Assembly: GCF_035594765.1 (NCBI RefSeq)
Contig: NC_085845.1
Coordinates: 33,164,024 to 33,228,023 of the forward strand
DNA: 64,000 nucleotides
From: Anolis carolinensis
Taxonomy: Eukaryota
Direction of reading: 5' to 3'
In this document: positions 25,281-37,772 of the stretch, piece by piece
Layout of the letters: every line of letters begins with the position of its first letter
Numbering within the stretch: the first letter of the stretch is position 1
Notes under the pieces: model-generated
Told to the model about the DNA's origin: nothing
What the model saw: only the letters and a program-made list of their open reading frames with translations
Database searches by the model: none
Made by a program: the position numbers and the translations under genes

Positions 25281-25549
25281 TATCATGATTTTTTCAACAT
25301 TTCTGAGGATGCTCGAAATATAAGCCCTATTTCAAAAAATATATAGTTCATTTAAAAGTCAATTTGGAAAAATAAGACTACCCCTGAAAACAAGCCCCAA
25401 CACATCTTTTGGAGCAAAAATTAATATAAGAGCCTGACTTGTTTTTGAGGAAACAGGGTATTTAAATGTATTACAATTACATGGGTCATACCCGTTGAGC
25501 ATCCCTTATCCGAAAAGCTTGGGATCAAATCTGGAGGAAATTACCATAT

Positions 25550-25790
25550 AGCCATGTTCTAGAAGCATTCTCTCCTGACGTTTCGCCCACATCTATGGCA
25601 GGCATCCTCAGAGGTTGTGTGGTCTGTTAGAGACTAGGCAAGTGGGGTTTATATACCTGTGGAAAGTCCAGGGTGGGAAATAGAACTCTTGTTTGTTGGA
25701 GGCAGGTGTGAATGTTTCAATTGGCCACCTTGATTAGCATTGAATAGCCTTGCAGCTTCAAAGTCTGGCTGCTTACTTCCTGGTGGTTTA
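25550..25790 (-). mobile_element. Penelope terminal fragment carrying an intact hammerhead motif (25574-25614)
   Basis: CCTGACGTTTCGCCCACATCTATGGCAGGCATCCTCAGAGG is identical to 4335-4375. Confidence 0.82.
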
Positions 25791-27947
25791 CAGCAATCCA
25801 GTGATTCCGGACATGAAAGCCCTCGACATCAAATTAACATATACTTTATTTTTAATCCCACCTTTCTCCCTATCCATCTAACAAGAAATATGACACAATA
25901 CACATTCAAACAATGTAAATGCATTACCAGTGTGACAACCACGTATGACAATTACATGGGTGTCATACAGGTTGAGTATCCTTTATCAGAAAGGCTTGGG
26001 ACCAAATTTGGGGGAAATTATCATATACATGTATTTATTAATTTACTTAATGACTTTATTTTTTAATCCCATTTTTCTCCCTATTCAAAGCAATTCACAA
26101 GAAATATGACAAAATACAAATCAAAACAATGTAAATCCTATTAAATTCATATGGATGTTACATAGGTTGAGTATTCCTTAAGCTGAAAGGCTAGGCACCA
26201 GATTTTAGATTTGGGGGAAAGTTGTCATGTCCATGTAGTTATTTGTTTGTAGTTGTAGTTATTTATAGACTTTATGTTTAATCTCACCTTTCTCTCAATA
26301 CAGGACTCAAGGCAACTAATCACAAATATGACAAAATATATAGTAGACTCTCAATTAACTTGAACCCATAGGGATTGATAGGTGACAGATAAATGTAGTT
26401 TCCGGTTGCTTGAGAGTTATTATTAAAATTAGGCCTAACTAATACTGTACCATAAATTCTGTATTGATTTTATATTAATATTGGAATACAGTAATTAAAA
26501 ACAAATCAGGCAAATAAAGACAGTCTTAACTTCATATAACACAGTTTTACTGTATAATACATGTATTTTAATTTTATTTAAAGTACTATTTTTTCAAATT
26601 TTGCCAGTTTGAGAGTTCCAGTTGTCTGAACTTAGAGTCTACTCTACATGTATTTATTTACTTACTGATGGACCTTATTTTTAATTCTCCCCCCTTTCTC
26701 CTGATACTCAAAGGGACTCAAAGCAGCTAACAATAAATATGACAAAATGCACATTAAAATAATGTAAATGCAATAAAATATAAGTATAAAATTTGAAAAA
26801 AAAACCCAATCTCTTTGTGTCGTTCAACCATTCAACTTAAAAATATTAAAACCATTACATGAGAGATGTATAGGGTAACCTGAAATTCATTGATGTTTTC
26901 CTATGTACTTTGTAAACATAGCCTGAAGGGACAGTATTTTGTAATAACTTTGTTCATCAAGCAAAGTTTGTATACATTGTGAGGTGTCACTATCTCAGCC
27001 ATCTTTGTGGATGGTTTTGGAGCATTTCCAGTTTCCTCATAAGCGATACTCAACCTGTTCCTCTATTAATTATGGAGGATGATTCTGATTAAAGATCAGG
27101 TTTCCATCTTTACAAACTTATTGGTTGAAAAATGAGTTCATGTGATTCTGCACAGCATACACATTTACGTATACAGTCCTGCAGGGAAAAAATATCCTCC
27201 CCCCTTTTCTTTTTGCACTGTGTTATCTTGGAGCTTGTCGTTTCATTCTATAAATTGCATTAGCTCAGTTTAACATCTGTCTTGCAAGGGTGGTACCAAA
27301 GCAAGTATTTTTGTCTTAAGGAGCTTTTCTGTGAGACATTGTTGCCCTCTAGTGTTTTGAGACATGGAAGGGTGTTCTGTGGATGTAGGAGTGAAAAAAA
27401 TTAATTAGACACCAGCTAATATTGTCACAGATATTATGGATACCTTTTCAAAACAACAATTTGAATCAGCTAAACTGTACAGACATGCATGTGTCCAGAC
27501 TTAAAACTTTGGTTATTGTGTAGGGCTTTTTATTTTCCAAAAATATAAGCCTTACTTAGAGGTCTCTTGTGTGGACAAGACTCAGAAATGAGGCAAGTGT
27601 ATATAGTCAGTATGGACATAAAAAACTGGTTTGGAATGCCTGTTTGTGGAATATATACTCAAAATGAAAGATCTACTGAGTTGGTAGCAATCTCTAGTAT
27701 TTTTAGCCCACAGTTTAGATGCCTTTCCTAATAAAAACAGTTCCCAAATAAATAGTCACTAGAAATAGATTAAAAGAAACAACAGCAAGGGGTGGATGCA
27801 CACATTCCTTTGCATATAAGACTCCTAAACTACAGTCTTATACATGGACATATGCAGGATTTACATCTGAGTAGACATGCATAAAATTGCATTGTGTTAA
27901 TTATATTTCAGTTTTTCCATTTGTAAAATAGTGGTATGAATAACTAG

Positions 27948-28268
27948 GGAGTCCTAGGTGGGGCAGTGGGTTAAACCGCTGAACTTGCTGACCAAAAGGT
28001 CAGCAGTTCAAATCTGGGGAGCAAGGTGAGCTCCCGCTGTTAGCCCCAGCTTCCACCAACCTAGCAATTTGAAAACATTCAAATGTGAGTAGATCAATAG
28101 GTACCACTCTGGCAGGAAGGTAACAACGCTCCATGCAGTCATGCTGGCCACATGACCTTGGAGGTGTCTACGGACAACGCCAGCTCTTCGGCTTAGAAAT
28201 GGAGATGAGCACCAAACCCCAGAGTTGGACATGACTGGACTTAATGTCAGGGGAAGACCTTTACCTTT
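27948..28268 (+). mobile_element. Sauria SINE
   Basis: Full head, body and ACCTTTACCTTT tail; homologous to 15749-16074. Confidence 0.88.
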
Positions 28269-30161
28269 GATAGGGAAGAACTATGTCAAAGTTGGAACAG
28301 TAATTTTAAGGAAGTACCCTTTGAAACAATAGATTGTGATAGAGGTTTGAGGAATAAGCAATACCATTCAAAACTCTCAATCCACAACTCAGTGAAGCGC
28401 TAAAGACATTTCACTCTAAGTATCTTTATTTCCAAATGAGCAAATGGCATGCATATAATGGATCTCAATAGTGTGCATAGGACAGCGTTGTTCATTGCAA
28501 TGAATTAAATTTGGTCAGAGCCCATGCTTGCTGAGACAGAATGGAAATGCATATGAGAGAGAAATAAAATGTACAGTCAGCCCTCTGCATCCATGGATTC
28601 AACCATGGAAATATTTCTAATAATCCAGAAGGCAAATCTTGATTTTGCCGTTATATATAAGGGATTCTATTTTACTATGTCATTGTGTATGGTAGGACTT
28701 GGGTCATTCACAGATTTTGGTATTCCATTGGGGGGGGGGGGGGAGAGAGAGATCCTGGAACCAAACCCTATATATGAAAACTGTGGGTGCATCCACACTA
28801 TAGAATTAGTTCAGCTCAGCCAACCTTTAATTGCAATGGATTGCAGGAGTTGTAATTTTATAAGGTTTTTAGCCTTCTCTGTCAAACAGTACTGGTGCAA
28901 CAACTTCCCACATTCCATAGCATTGATCCATGGCAGATAAAGTTGTGTCAAACTGCATTAATTCTACAACATCTTGTGAAATGCCTCACTTTGCATTAAC
29001 ACTACTTTGGGTATATTAGCCTCATATTTCAGTATCCCATAGAAATGTTTAAGGCTGGGATTCCAAATTAGCTTAAGTCCAATTACTATCATGTATCTGT
29101 AGATCAGACTAGAGTAAATCAAAGCAACAACAAGCTGCACGTGCCTGAGATTTAGTAAAAACTGATTTCTATTTGCTCAAATGCAGCTCAGTGCTTTGAA
29201 GTGTTTCCAAGTAGGCAGAATGGTGCACCTTAAAAATTGAAACACTATTACCTTGGGCAGGTTTTCTTGCTTATGTAGTCCTTCCTTGCAGAATGGTGCT
29301 TGTTTGCATTATGAGTTGTCGACCTTTGTAACAGTTCCTTACATACCATTGCAAGGGTATCTCTACAGCTCAACAGATCTTAATCTCTCTTAAGAAGAAT
29401 GCTGTTTGTTCATCTTGAATGTTATGTATTGGGGTGGGACTATACAGCATCCTTTTGACTGCCTGGTTTAGAAAATTGTATGTGTATACATCAGGATGAA
29501 GAGTTGAATTGAATATCTGTATGCTAAAAAAAACCAGCAAAAAAGATTATGATCCTAGGTGCTCAATCTCTAAGTATTTATCTATCAGGTCAAATGGTTG
29601 TGATTTAAGGCAAGAAAAATCTACCTAAACACTAAACATGTACTTTTTATTATTAATTTACTATTAATAATTTTCATTATTTTTTGTTATTAATTTACCA
29701 GTGCATGGAATGTATGTATACCTTTTCCCATATTTTAAGGAGAGTCTAATGAAGCGAACATCAAGCACTTTGGAATCACAATACTTTCAGTGGAGGAATT
29801 AAGAATGTGGTTAGGTATTTCTTCCATTGAAATAAACAAGACTTAACAATATTGAACATTATCTTGCCATAAATTAGAAATAAGAATTGTGCAGCCCTCC
29901 AGATGTTATTGGACTGCAACTTTTAATAGTAGTCATGCTGCTTAGCGCAAGTGGGACTTGCAGTACAATAGTATCTGGAGGTTAGATTATTTATATGCTG
30001 GTTGATTTGGAATGGCTTTGTAATCTTTAATTTTGTTTTAACATCCAGTATAAACAGTAATGTTGTGATTTTACTGGTACTGATTGTAATATAAACCACC
30101 ATCAAACTCTTATTAGGGCAAAGGACTTCATTGCAAATAAATAAAACATAATGTAGGCTAT

Positions 30162-31070
30162 ATGATCTGGCTACAGTGGTCCATGCCCTAGTTACCTCTA
30201 GATTGGATTATTGCAATGCACTCTATGTGGGGCTGCCCTTGAAAACGGCCCGGAAACTCCAACTAGTCCAGCGCTCAGCAGCCAGATTACTCACTGAAGC
30301 AACTTACAGGGAGCGGTCAACCCCCCTGTTTAAGGAGCTCCATTGGCTGCCGTTCACCTTCTGGGCCCAATTCAAGGTTCAGGTGATCACTTATAAAGCC
30401 CTGAAAGGTTCAGGACCCACCTATCTTTGTGATCGTATCTCCTCCTATGAACATGCACGTTCTCTTCGTTCATCAGGGGAGGCCCTCTTTTCGCTCCCAC
30501 CTCCATCACTATCACGGTTGGTAAGGACGAGGGAGAGGGCCTTCTCTGTAGTGGCCCCGCCCAGCTCTGGAACTCGCTCCCCAGAGAGATTAGGCAAGCC
30601 CCCACCCTGGCAGTATTTAGGAAGAGCCTAAAAACTTGGCTCTTCCAACAGGCTTTTGGAGAGTGAATGCCCCATCCCCATGACAGACTTTGTATCTACG
30701 ACCATTTCCGCACTTGTTGCACTTTATCTTGCCCTATCAGTTTATTATTGTCACAGGGTCCACCCCACCCCAAGTTGCTCTCCTATTGAAGATAGTATTT
30801 AATTAACTACTTTGTTTACAATATCCATTTGTTGCACTTTACCCAGTTCATTTTATCTTTTACTTGCGTGCCAAATCCATGTTTTTATTATGATTATCAT
30901 TTTATATTTTTACTATGTTTAGAATGTTAATTTTAATTTTTGTGTCTGTATTTTCTGATGTTATTTTATTTTGGTTTGCTGTTTTATCCGAGCTTGGCCC
31001 CATTTAAGCTGCCCTGAGTCCCTTCAGGGAGATGGAGGTGGGGTATAAAAATAAAGTATTATAATTATTA
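30162..31070 (+). mobile_element. 5'-truncated L2 LINE
   Basis: ORF 30176-30631 VHALVTSRLDYCNALYVGLPLKTARKLQLVQ...LHWLP is an L2 ORF2 C-terminus; followed by the 3' stem-loop, AATAAA and an (ATT)/(AGT)/(GTT) tail. Confidence 0.9.
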
Positions 31071-31329
31071 TTAGTAGTAGTAGTAGTAGTGTTGTTGTTG
31101 TTGTTGTTGTTATGGACTTGTATATGGGCATATTGTGACTTTGCACACAATTATTTTGAATGATCTTTCTATACTAGTAGAATATGAAATGGTTTCTGTT
31201 TTGTATTTCTGTTTGTTTCACTTTTGCAAAATTATTATTTTTAAATAGTTTGCCATTAGTTTGATAAAGTGCAGTGATGTTTTAACACTTGTCCAGAAAT
31301 CTGAACTCTCTCTCTCTTTTCTCTTTCAG

Positions 31330-31474
31330 CATATATTTTCTGTGAATCGTGCTGAAGATATACACGCTGCAATGGTGACATAAACTGCTAAACTGGACTG
31401 GGAAATTTTTGAAACTTCTCTCTTCGATCTAAATGTTGCTGCTCTTGGAAACCATCTAAGGAATGACTTACAAC
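31330..31474 (+). other. NDST3: NDST3 exon 2, 5' UTR portion
   Basis: Polypyrimidine tract CTCTCTCTCTCTTTTCTCTTTCAG| with acceptor at 31329/31330. Confidence 0.75.
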
Positions 31475-32458
31475 ATGACTTTTGTTGTGAAACTACATAG
31501 ACATTTTCAGCGAACAGTTATACTGCTGGCCACTTTTTGTATGGTGAGCATAGTTATTTCAGCATACTATTTATACAATGGCTACAAACAGGAAAATGAA
31601 CTTTCTGAGATCAATTCAGAGGTTGAATGTGGAGATCTTCCCATCTTACAACCCTACAAGATAACACCTTGGAAAACAGTAAAACCCACCAATCCCCTAA
31701 GGACTGATCCTGTAGTGCTGGTGTTTGTGGAAAGCCAGTATTCTGCCCTTGGTCAAGACATAGTAATGATTTTGGAATCTAGTAGATTCCAGTATCATAT
31801 AGAGATTGCTTCTGGGAAAGGTGACCTTCCCGTACTTATAGATAAAAACAAAGGCAAGTATGCTCTCATAATATATGAAAATATTTCTAAGTATGTGAAT
31901 ATGGATTCCTGGAATCAAGGCCTTCTACATAAATACTGTGGAGAATATGGTGTTGGGATGATTGGGTTCCATAAGAGCAGTGACAACACTTTGCAAACTT
32001 TTCGGTTAAAGGGTTTTCCTTTCTATGTCCATAGCAATGTGGGAATTAAGGATTGTTGCATCAATCCTCATTCTTCTCTGCTCCATATAACTAAATCGTC
32101 TAAATTTGATAAAGGCTCTTTGCCTGGAAACGACTGGACTGTTTTCCACATAAATCATTCAGCCTATGAACCTGTTATATTTGCAAAGGTAAAAGCACCT
32201 GAAAACCTCCCTCCACCTTTAGTTAAAAATGCTCTCCATGCAACTATCATTCATGACTTGGGTCTTCATGATGGGATTCAGCGTGTCCTTTTTGGCAACA
32301 ACTTGAACTTTTGGCTGCACAAGCTCATATTTATAGATGCTGTTTCATTCTTGACTGGAAAAAGGCTTGTGTTGCCTTTGGATAGATATATTCTTGTTGA
32401 CATAGATGACATCTTTGTTGGAAAGGAAGGAACAAGGATGAAAGCCAATGATGTTCAG
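31475..32458 (+). CDS. NDST3: NDST3 first coding exon (bifunctional heparan sulfate N-deacetylase/N-sulfotransferase 3; TM anchor and N-terminal region)
   Basis: [45 protein letters not shown]...[25 protein letters not shown] matches vertebrate NDST3 as recalled ([17 protein letters not shown] is NDST3-type). 328 codons end at the phase-0 donor CAG|GTGAAG. An in-frame upstream ATG sits at 31463. Confidence 0.93.
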
Positions 32459-34849
32459 GTGAAGTATGACAAGAATACCTCATATGATGTGCAAATTTTA
32501 TTTGGGAACTCTAGTTATTTTCTTTGACCATTATTATATTGCAGGGTTAAAATGAAAAAAAAATCAATTCTGCTATGTATTTACTTAGAAATTTACAGAA
32601 AAATCAACTCAGATGGTACAATCCAGAAACTAGTTGAACTGTTTGTTCTTAAGACTGTTTCAAAGGGGTTAAAATCTAACATCCCCCACACCTTGTAAGA
32701 TTTTATACATTTCTGCTATGTTCCACCATTTGATTTTTTTTCTAAGTGAAAACGTAGTAAACTTCCTGATAGCTATGGTACTATTTCCTTTATTGGTTTA
32801 GATGGAAATATGGTTTTAAAGAAATAGATACTAGAGAGTTGCACAAAATATTTATACAAAAAAACTTACGATATTGCCAATTCTATTTGAAATTCCTGCC
32901 CCAGTGATCCTGATTTTGGCTTTCGCACCACAGCTACATATCAGCTAAGTTTTTTTTAATTGAGCTATCCTCCACAACCACAATATCTCATTTCCTAGTC
33001 CTTCACTCTCATGTCAGATTACTACAATCTACTTTGATTTTCATTAAAATGTAGATGGATCAATTTACAAACAATATAGTAATTTTAATAGGAATTGTGT
33101 ATTATATTTGAAAAAATGGTCAGTAATTGCTCATGTATCTGGCATTGTCTGAGGAGGCTATGTGGTCATAGAATTCTTAATTTATATTCTGACTCACAAT
33201 GTTTTCAATTTATAACAATCTATGAATGTTAAGAAAAATACCTCCTACTCTACACATTCAGCCAGCTCTAAGTGCTCACAGAATGCAAAGCAGGCCAGAT
33301 AGTGCAGCACTGTTACCATTCCAATGAACATCTTGCTTCAAAAAGGTATGGAGCTTAACTGAAGACTTTTATTTCTATTAGGACAGGCTAAATTCGTAGG
33401 TTCTGCCCTTTTCCATACAGTGACAAACTTTAAAGGTTTGGGCTTGAAGCCTGGTGCTCTCTGTCTCTCCAAACCTAGGTTTGGGTACCTTGATGGTGCT
33501 GCTGACACCACAGCTGCAGGGATTGTGGAACTTTTAAAAAATTGTGTGTTATCCTACAATTTGATCACATGTGTCTTACGACACTTCACCCAGAATACTG
33601 GAAGGTTGTGATGGGAATGCATTGCTGTGGGCGAGGTGGGGTGATTGCATTGCCCCGCTAACCTGTGGATTTCCCACAGAGGCTGGCGAATCACCCCGCT
33701 GCCCCTCATCAATGTGATGAGGTCCTTTGTGTGTTTCATCACTTTTGTGAATTAAACTTTTAAGGCATAATTTTTGCTTGTTATAGTTGGTTTTGACAAG
33801 TCAGTGAATGGATGAATAGTTTACATATGGGCACTTCAGCACTGGTACCCTGGAACTATGGGGAAAAGAATGTTAACTCTATAGTGAAAACAAAGCTGAA
33901 ACCTTTCATAAATCTACATCTTCCAAGTTGCAGTACTCAGGAAAATGAGCAACCTGGGAGCATATGATAGGTCCTTGATATCTGATGGGATTTGGTTCCA
34001 AGACATTCCACCCCTCACCTGAGGAAACCATAATCCAATCATACACAAGAGCATTGTAAAATAGTCTCCCTTACATCAAAAAACTAAATTAATGTTTGGT
34101 CTTGGGATTTAGTTTCAATATTTTCAAGCCGTGGATGGTGGATTCTCTGAATGCAAAATTAATGGATTTGGAAGGCCAATTCTAATTTGCTCCAACTTGG
34201 GTTCTGAGAAGTCATTTGAAGGAATCTGAGATGTAATTTAAAAGAATCCACTCTTAAGCTGGTAGTTATTGATTCCACCCAAAGGATAACCTTTATCACA
34301 ATATTCCTTTATGTACCTCACTTTGCATTGTTTACCATTTCTAAGAAGTTGGGTTGAGAGGTAAAAAGTTCAGTCTGAAAAATAGATTCCTAACTTTTTA
34401 CTAAGGCATGCTATTGATATAAGTACAGTTTTGCCATGTTATCTCATTCATTCATTCTCTTTCCAAAGTCCCAAGGAGACAGTGGCGGTAGCACTTTTCC
34501 CACTGCAGTGAAGGTGAAATGTAGTTCATTTATCTCATTTTGAAAAATGAGGAGAAATTTAAGGACACGTTGATTGCTTTTTTACATAATGGGTATGTGT
34601 TCTCTTGTAATAGGATTGATGCCAAAATATGCTCAGATGGATCTCATTTTCCATAAATATCTCCTCTGCATAAAACTAGGATTTTTTTGGTGAAATCTGC
34701 TAATGTAACATATATGTAGATTCTTCTCAACAAGCTATAAAGTATGGGTATAATAATCTTTGGGAACAATGCGGCAAATGCCCTATTGCTTTCAGTGAGG
34801 TTAGCAAAGAAGTTCCTCGTTCAGACTTTTATTACTGGCTTATGAAACC

Positions 34850-36300
34850 ATTGTTTATTTAAAGCATTCCTTTATTGCCCCACTGCCACCTTTGCAACCC
34901 ACAAGGGCTTCCAAGCAGATGGACAAATAAAAATCAATTAAAACAATACAAACACAGAACATTAAAACACACATTAAAATACTCCTTTAAAAATCTTAAA
35001 AGAATACTAAAACAATCCTAGAATCCATTTTCAAAACAGTTGTAATATCAGTTTCAGACTTTAAATGTCATACAGAACAGCACTGTTTTGAGTTCCAGCT
35101 AGAAGATTACAAAACGATGAGGCCATCCTGGCTTCTTTGTGTAGGGAGTTCCACAGTTTTGGGAAGCTACTACAGAGAAATCCCTGTTATATGTACCCAC
35201 CAACCTAAATTAACAAGGTGTTAGGATTCCCAGAAAGGCCTCCTCTGAAGATCTCAAATCTCTGGAACATATGAAAGGAAATGTTCTTTCAGATATCCTG
35301 GTCCCAAGTTAATTTTGAATGCTATAGGTCAACACCAGCATCTTAAAATTGAGCTCAGAAGCAAATTCAAAGTGAATGCAGGCAGGGCCGTAGCCAGAAA
35401 AAAAATTCGGGAGGGGGGGGGGGGTTGAACACCTAGCACCCCCCACCCCCGCTACAAACCTGTCAATATCTGCTTGAGATAGTGCCTGGAGGGACTCTTA
35501 ATGTTTTGCGTCTCATAGATTTAGCATGGGGATTTGGTTAACCAGTTAAAATTCATGAGTAAACCAGGTTTTTTTATAACCTGAAAAATTTGGGGGGGGG
35601 GGGGTTTGAACCCCTAACCCCCCCCCCCCCCTCTCTACAGACCTGAATGCAGGTCTGGCAAGACTTATTATATATATTCTCTAAAATTCATACTTAACTC
35701 CAGTTTGGTTATCGTATTTTGCACCAGTTGTGACTTCAAACACTATTCAAGGACAGCATCATATAGAGTGTATTGCAATTGTCTAGTCAGAAGGCTAAAA
35801 AGGCATGAACCACTGTGGCCAGTTCTACCTTTCCCAAGAATGAGTGCAGCTGGCACACTACCTTATATTGGTTTAATTTATTCAATGATATGTTCAATTC
35901 ACTGATATTAGGTTTAATTTGATGTTAGGTTTTTAACGCTGTTTTCATATTGTTGAGATTTTATGCCAATATCTATCTGTTTTATGAAGGCATTGAATGT
36001 ATGCCGTTGTTTGTTGGAATCTTTCCTGAGTCCCTTCAGAGAAATAGGGTGGAAGAGAAATAAAGTTGTTTTATTATCATTATCATATTATTATTACTGG
36101 AAGCTGCTCCTGAGCATTGCAGCAACTTAGCTTTCCAGAGGCAATGCTGCACCCCAAGGTGTTAACTGTATATTACAGAAGGAAAGGAATTCCATCCACA
36201 ACAGGTTGTCATCCCAATCCCAAGTTTCTTTTCCTACTAACTAGCAGGACTTCCATCTTGTGTCATTTAAGCCTCAGTCTGTTCACCTGCATCTTTAGCA
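34850..36300 (-). mobile_element. Old, decayed L2-type LINE interrupted by a MITE and an L2 3' end
   Basis: Reverse-strand similarity to L2 ORF2 C-terminal region (e.g. AGAGTGTATTGCAATTGTCTAG, ~LDNCNTL). Confidence 0.5.
35383..35645. mobile_element. hAT MITE with G/C-run subterminal repeats
   Basis: Ends CAGGGCCGTAG / CTACAGACCTG; perfect 8-bp TSD AATGCAGG (35375-35382 / 35646-35653). Confidence 0.88.
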
Positions 36301-36930
36301 TTGGTACCATCCCACATCCACACAATGATTCAATACTATTATGGTGTCCTTGACATTAGCTACCATGTAGCAGAGAGAAAATAGTCGGTAAACTTTTGAC
36401 CCATCACTTCTGCTACATTCCCTTCTTGCTGGATCACATGAAATTTGATGTTCTGGCTTAATTCCATTTAATAACCAAATCTTGTGGGATTAGTGGATTC
36501 AGATTCTGGTTAATAAACTTGGTATACGTCATATATATCTATCTGTAACAGGGAACAATAGTTTAAGTCAGGAGTGGTCTAGATGCCAGTGTGGTGGCTC
36601 TAATTGTCAATTTATTGCCCTTGGAAATTCTGGGAGCTACATGGAATGCCAAAGTGCTCTCCTACCCTCCAAAAGTCAGACAACAGCTCCTGGTTTTGAG
36701 AAAGACCAGTATTTTAAATGGCTAAAATAAGGGCAAAGGTCTGCATCCTATTTAAAAATAAACCACCTATTCTGGAGGCTTCCAAGAAAAGGAAATTCAC
36801 CCTTTTAGGACTTTCCAAGGAATATGGAAAGGCCACGGACTCCAGCAAAAGCCTTCCAAGGCAATGTGGCCTCAGGGTTGCATTTTGCTTGCTCACAGCC
36901 TAACTAAAGCTTTAACATCTGAACTGGAGC

Positions 36931-37772
36931 CAGGGCCGGTTGAACATATTAGGCTGCTGAAGCGGCCGCCTCGGGCATGGGCCGCTAGGGGCGCTGTCGA
37001 GGCGTTGACAGCGGCCCGTAGCACCACCGATGCCGCCGCGCCGCCGCTGTTGGCGCGGGGCTTCGATCCCTCGCGCCCACACCAAACTGCACAGCACAGA
37101 TCGGCCATTTTTCCCTTAGTTCCTAGACGAAGGCGCAGATCGCCCGGGCAATCTGCGCCTGCGTCCAGGAACTAAGGGAAAAATGGCCGATCTGTGCTGT
37201 GTAGCGTGCGCACAGCTCAGATTGCCCATTTCGCCCTTCCTGGACGCGGCCGCAGTTCGCCCGGGCGATCTGCGGCTGCGTCTAGGAACTAAGGGCAAAA
37301 TGGCCCTTAGTTCCTGGATGCCCAGGCGATCAGCGGCCGCGTCCAGGAAGTAAGGGCGAATTGGGCGATCTGAGCTGTGCACGTGCGCACAGCGCAGATC
37401 GCCCATTTCTGCCCTGCCTGCTCAACGCAGGCGCAGATCGGCGGCGATCTGCGTCTGCCTTGAGCAGGCTCCGGGGAAATGGGCATCTGCCCTGTGCGCA
37501 CGCGCACAGGGCAGATCACCCATTTCTGCCCTGCCTGCTCAAGGCAGGCGCAGATCGCTGCCGATATGCGTCTGCGTTGAGCAGGCAGGGCGGAAATGGG
37601 CGATCGCACAGTGGCACCATTGCCGCCGCTGCCGCAGCCACCGCTGCCGCAGCAGCAGCAGCCGCCGCGACCTCTGGTTTGTGTGTGTGTGGGGGGTGTT
37701 GGGCACCAAAATGGGGGGGGGCACCAAGGAGTAGGTTCGCCTACTACTTGGAATGACCTCGGGCCGGCACTG
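36931..37772. mobile_element. CpG-rich non-autonomous hAT element with an internal palindrome array
   Basis: Ends CAGGGCCGG / CCGGCACTG; perfect 8-bp TSD ACTGGAGC (36923-36930 / 37773-37780). Confidence 0.9.

Noticed and set aside
32459-32527. ORF continuation [22 protein letters not shown]
   Set aside because: Intronic read-on past the CAG|GTGAAG donor; similarity to NDST3 stops exactly at the donor.
37085-37610. CRISPR-like repeat array
   Set aside because: Vertebrate DNA; the repeats are nested palindromes without unique, regularly sized spacers, and there are no cas genes.
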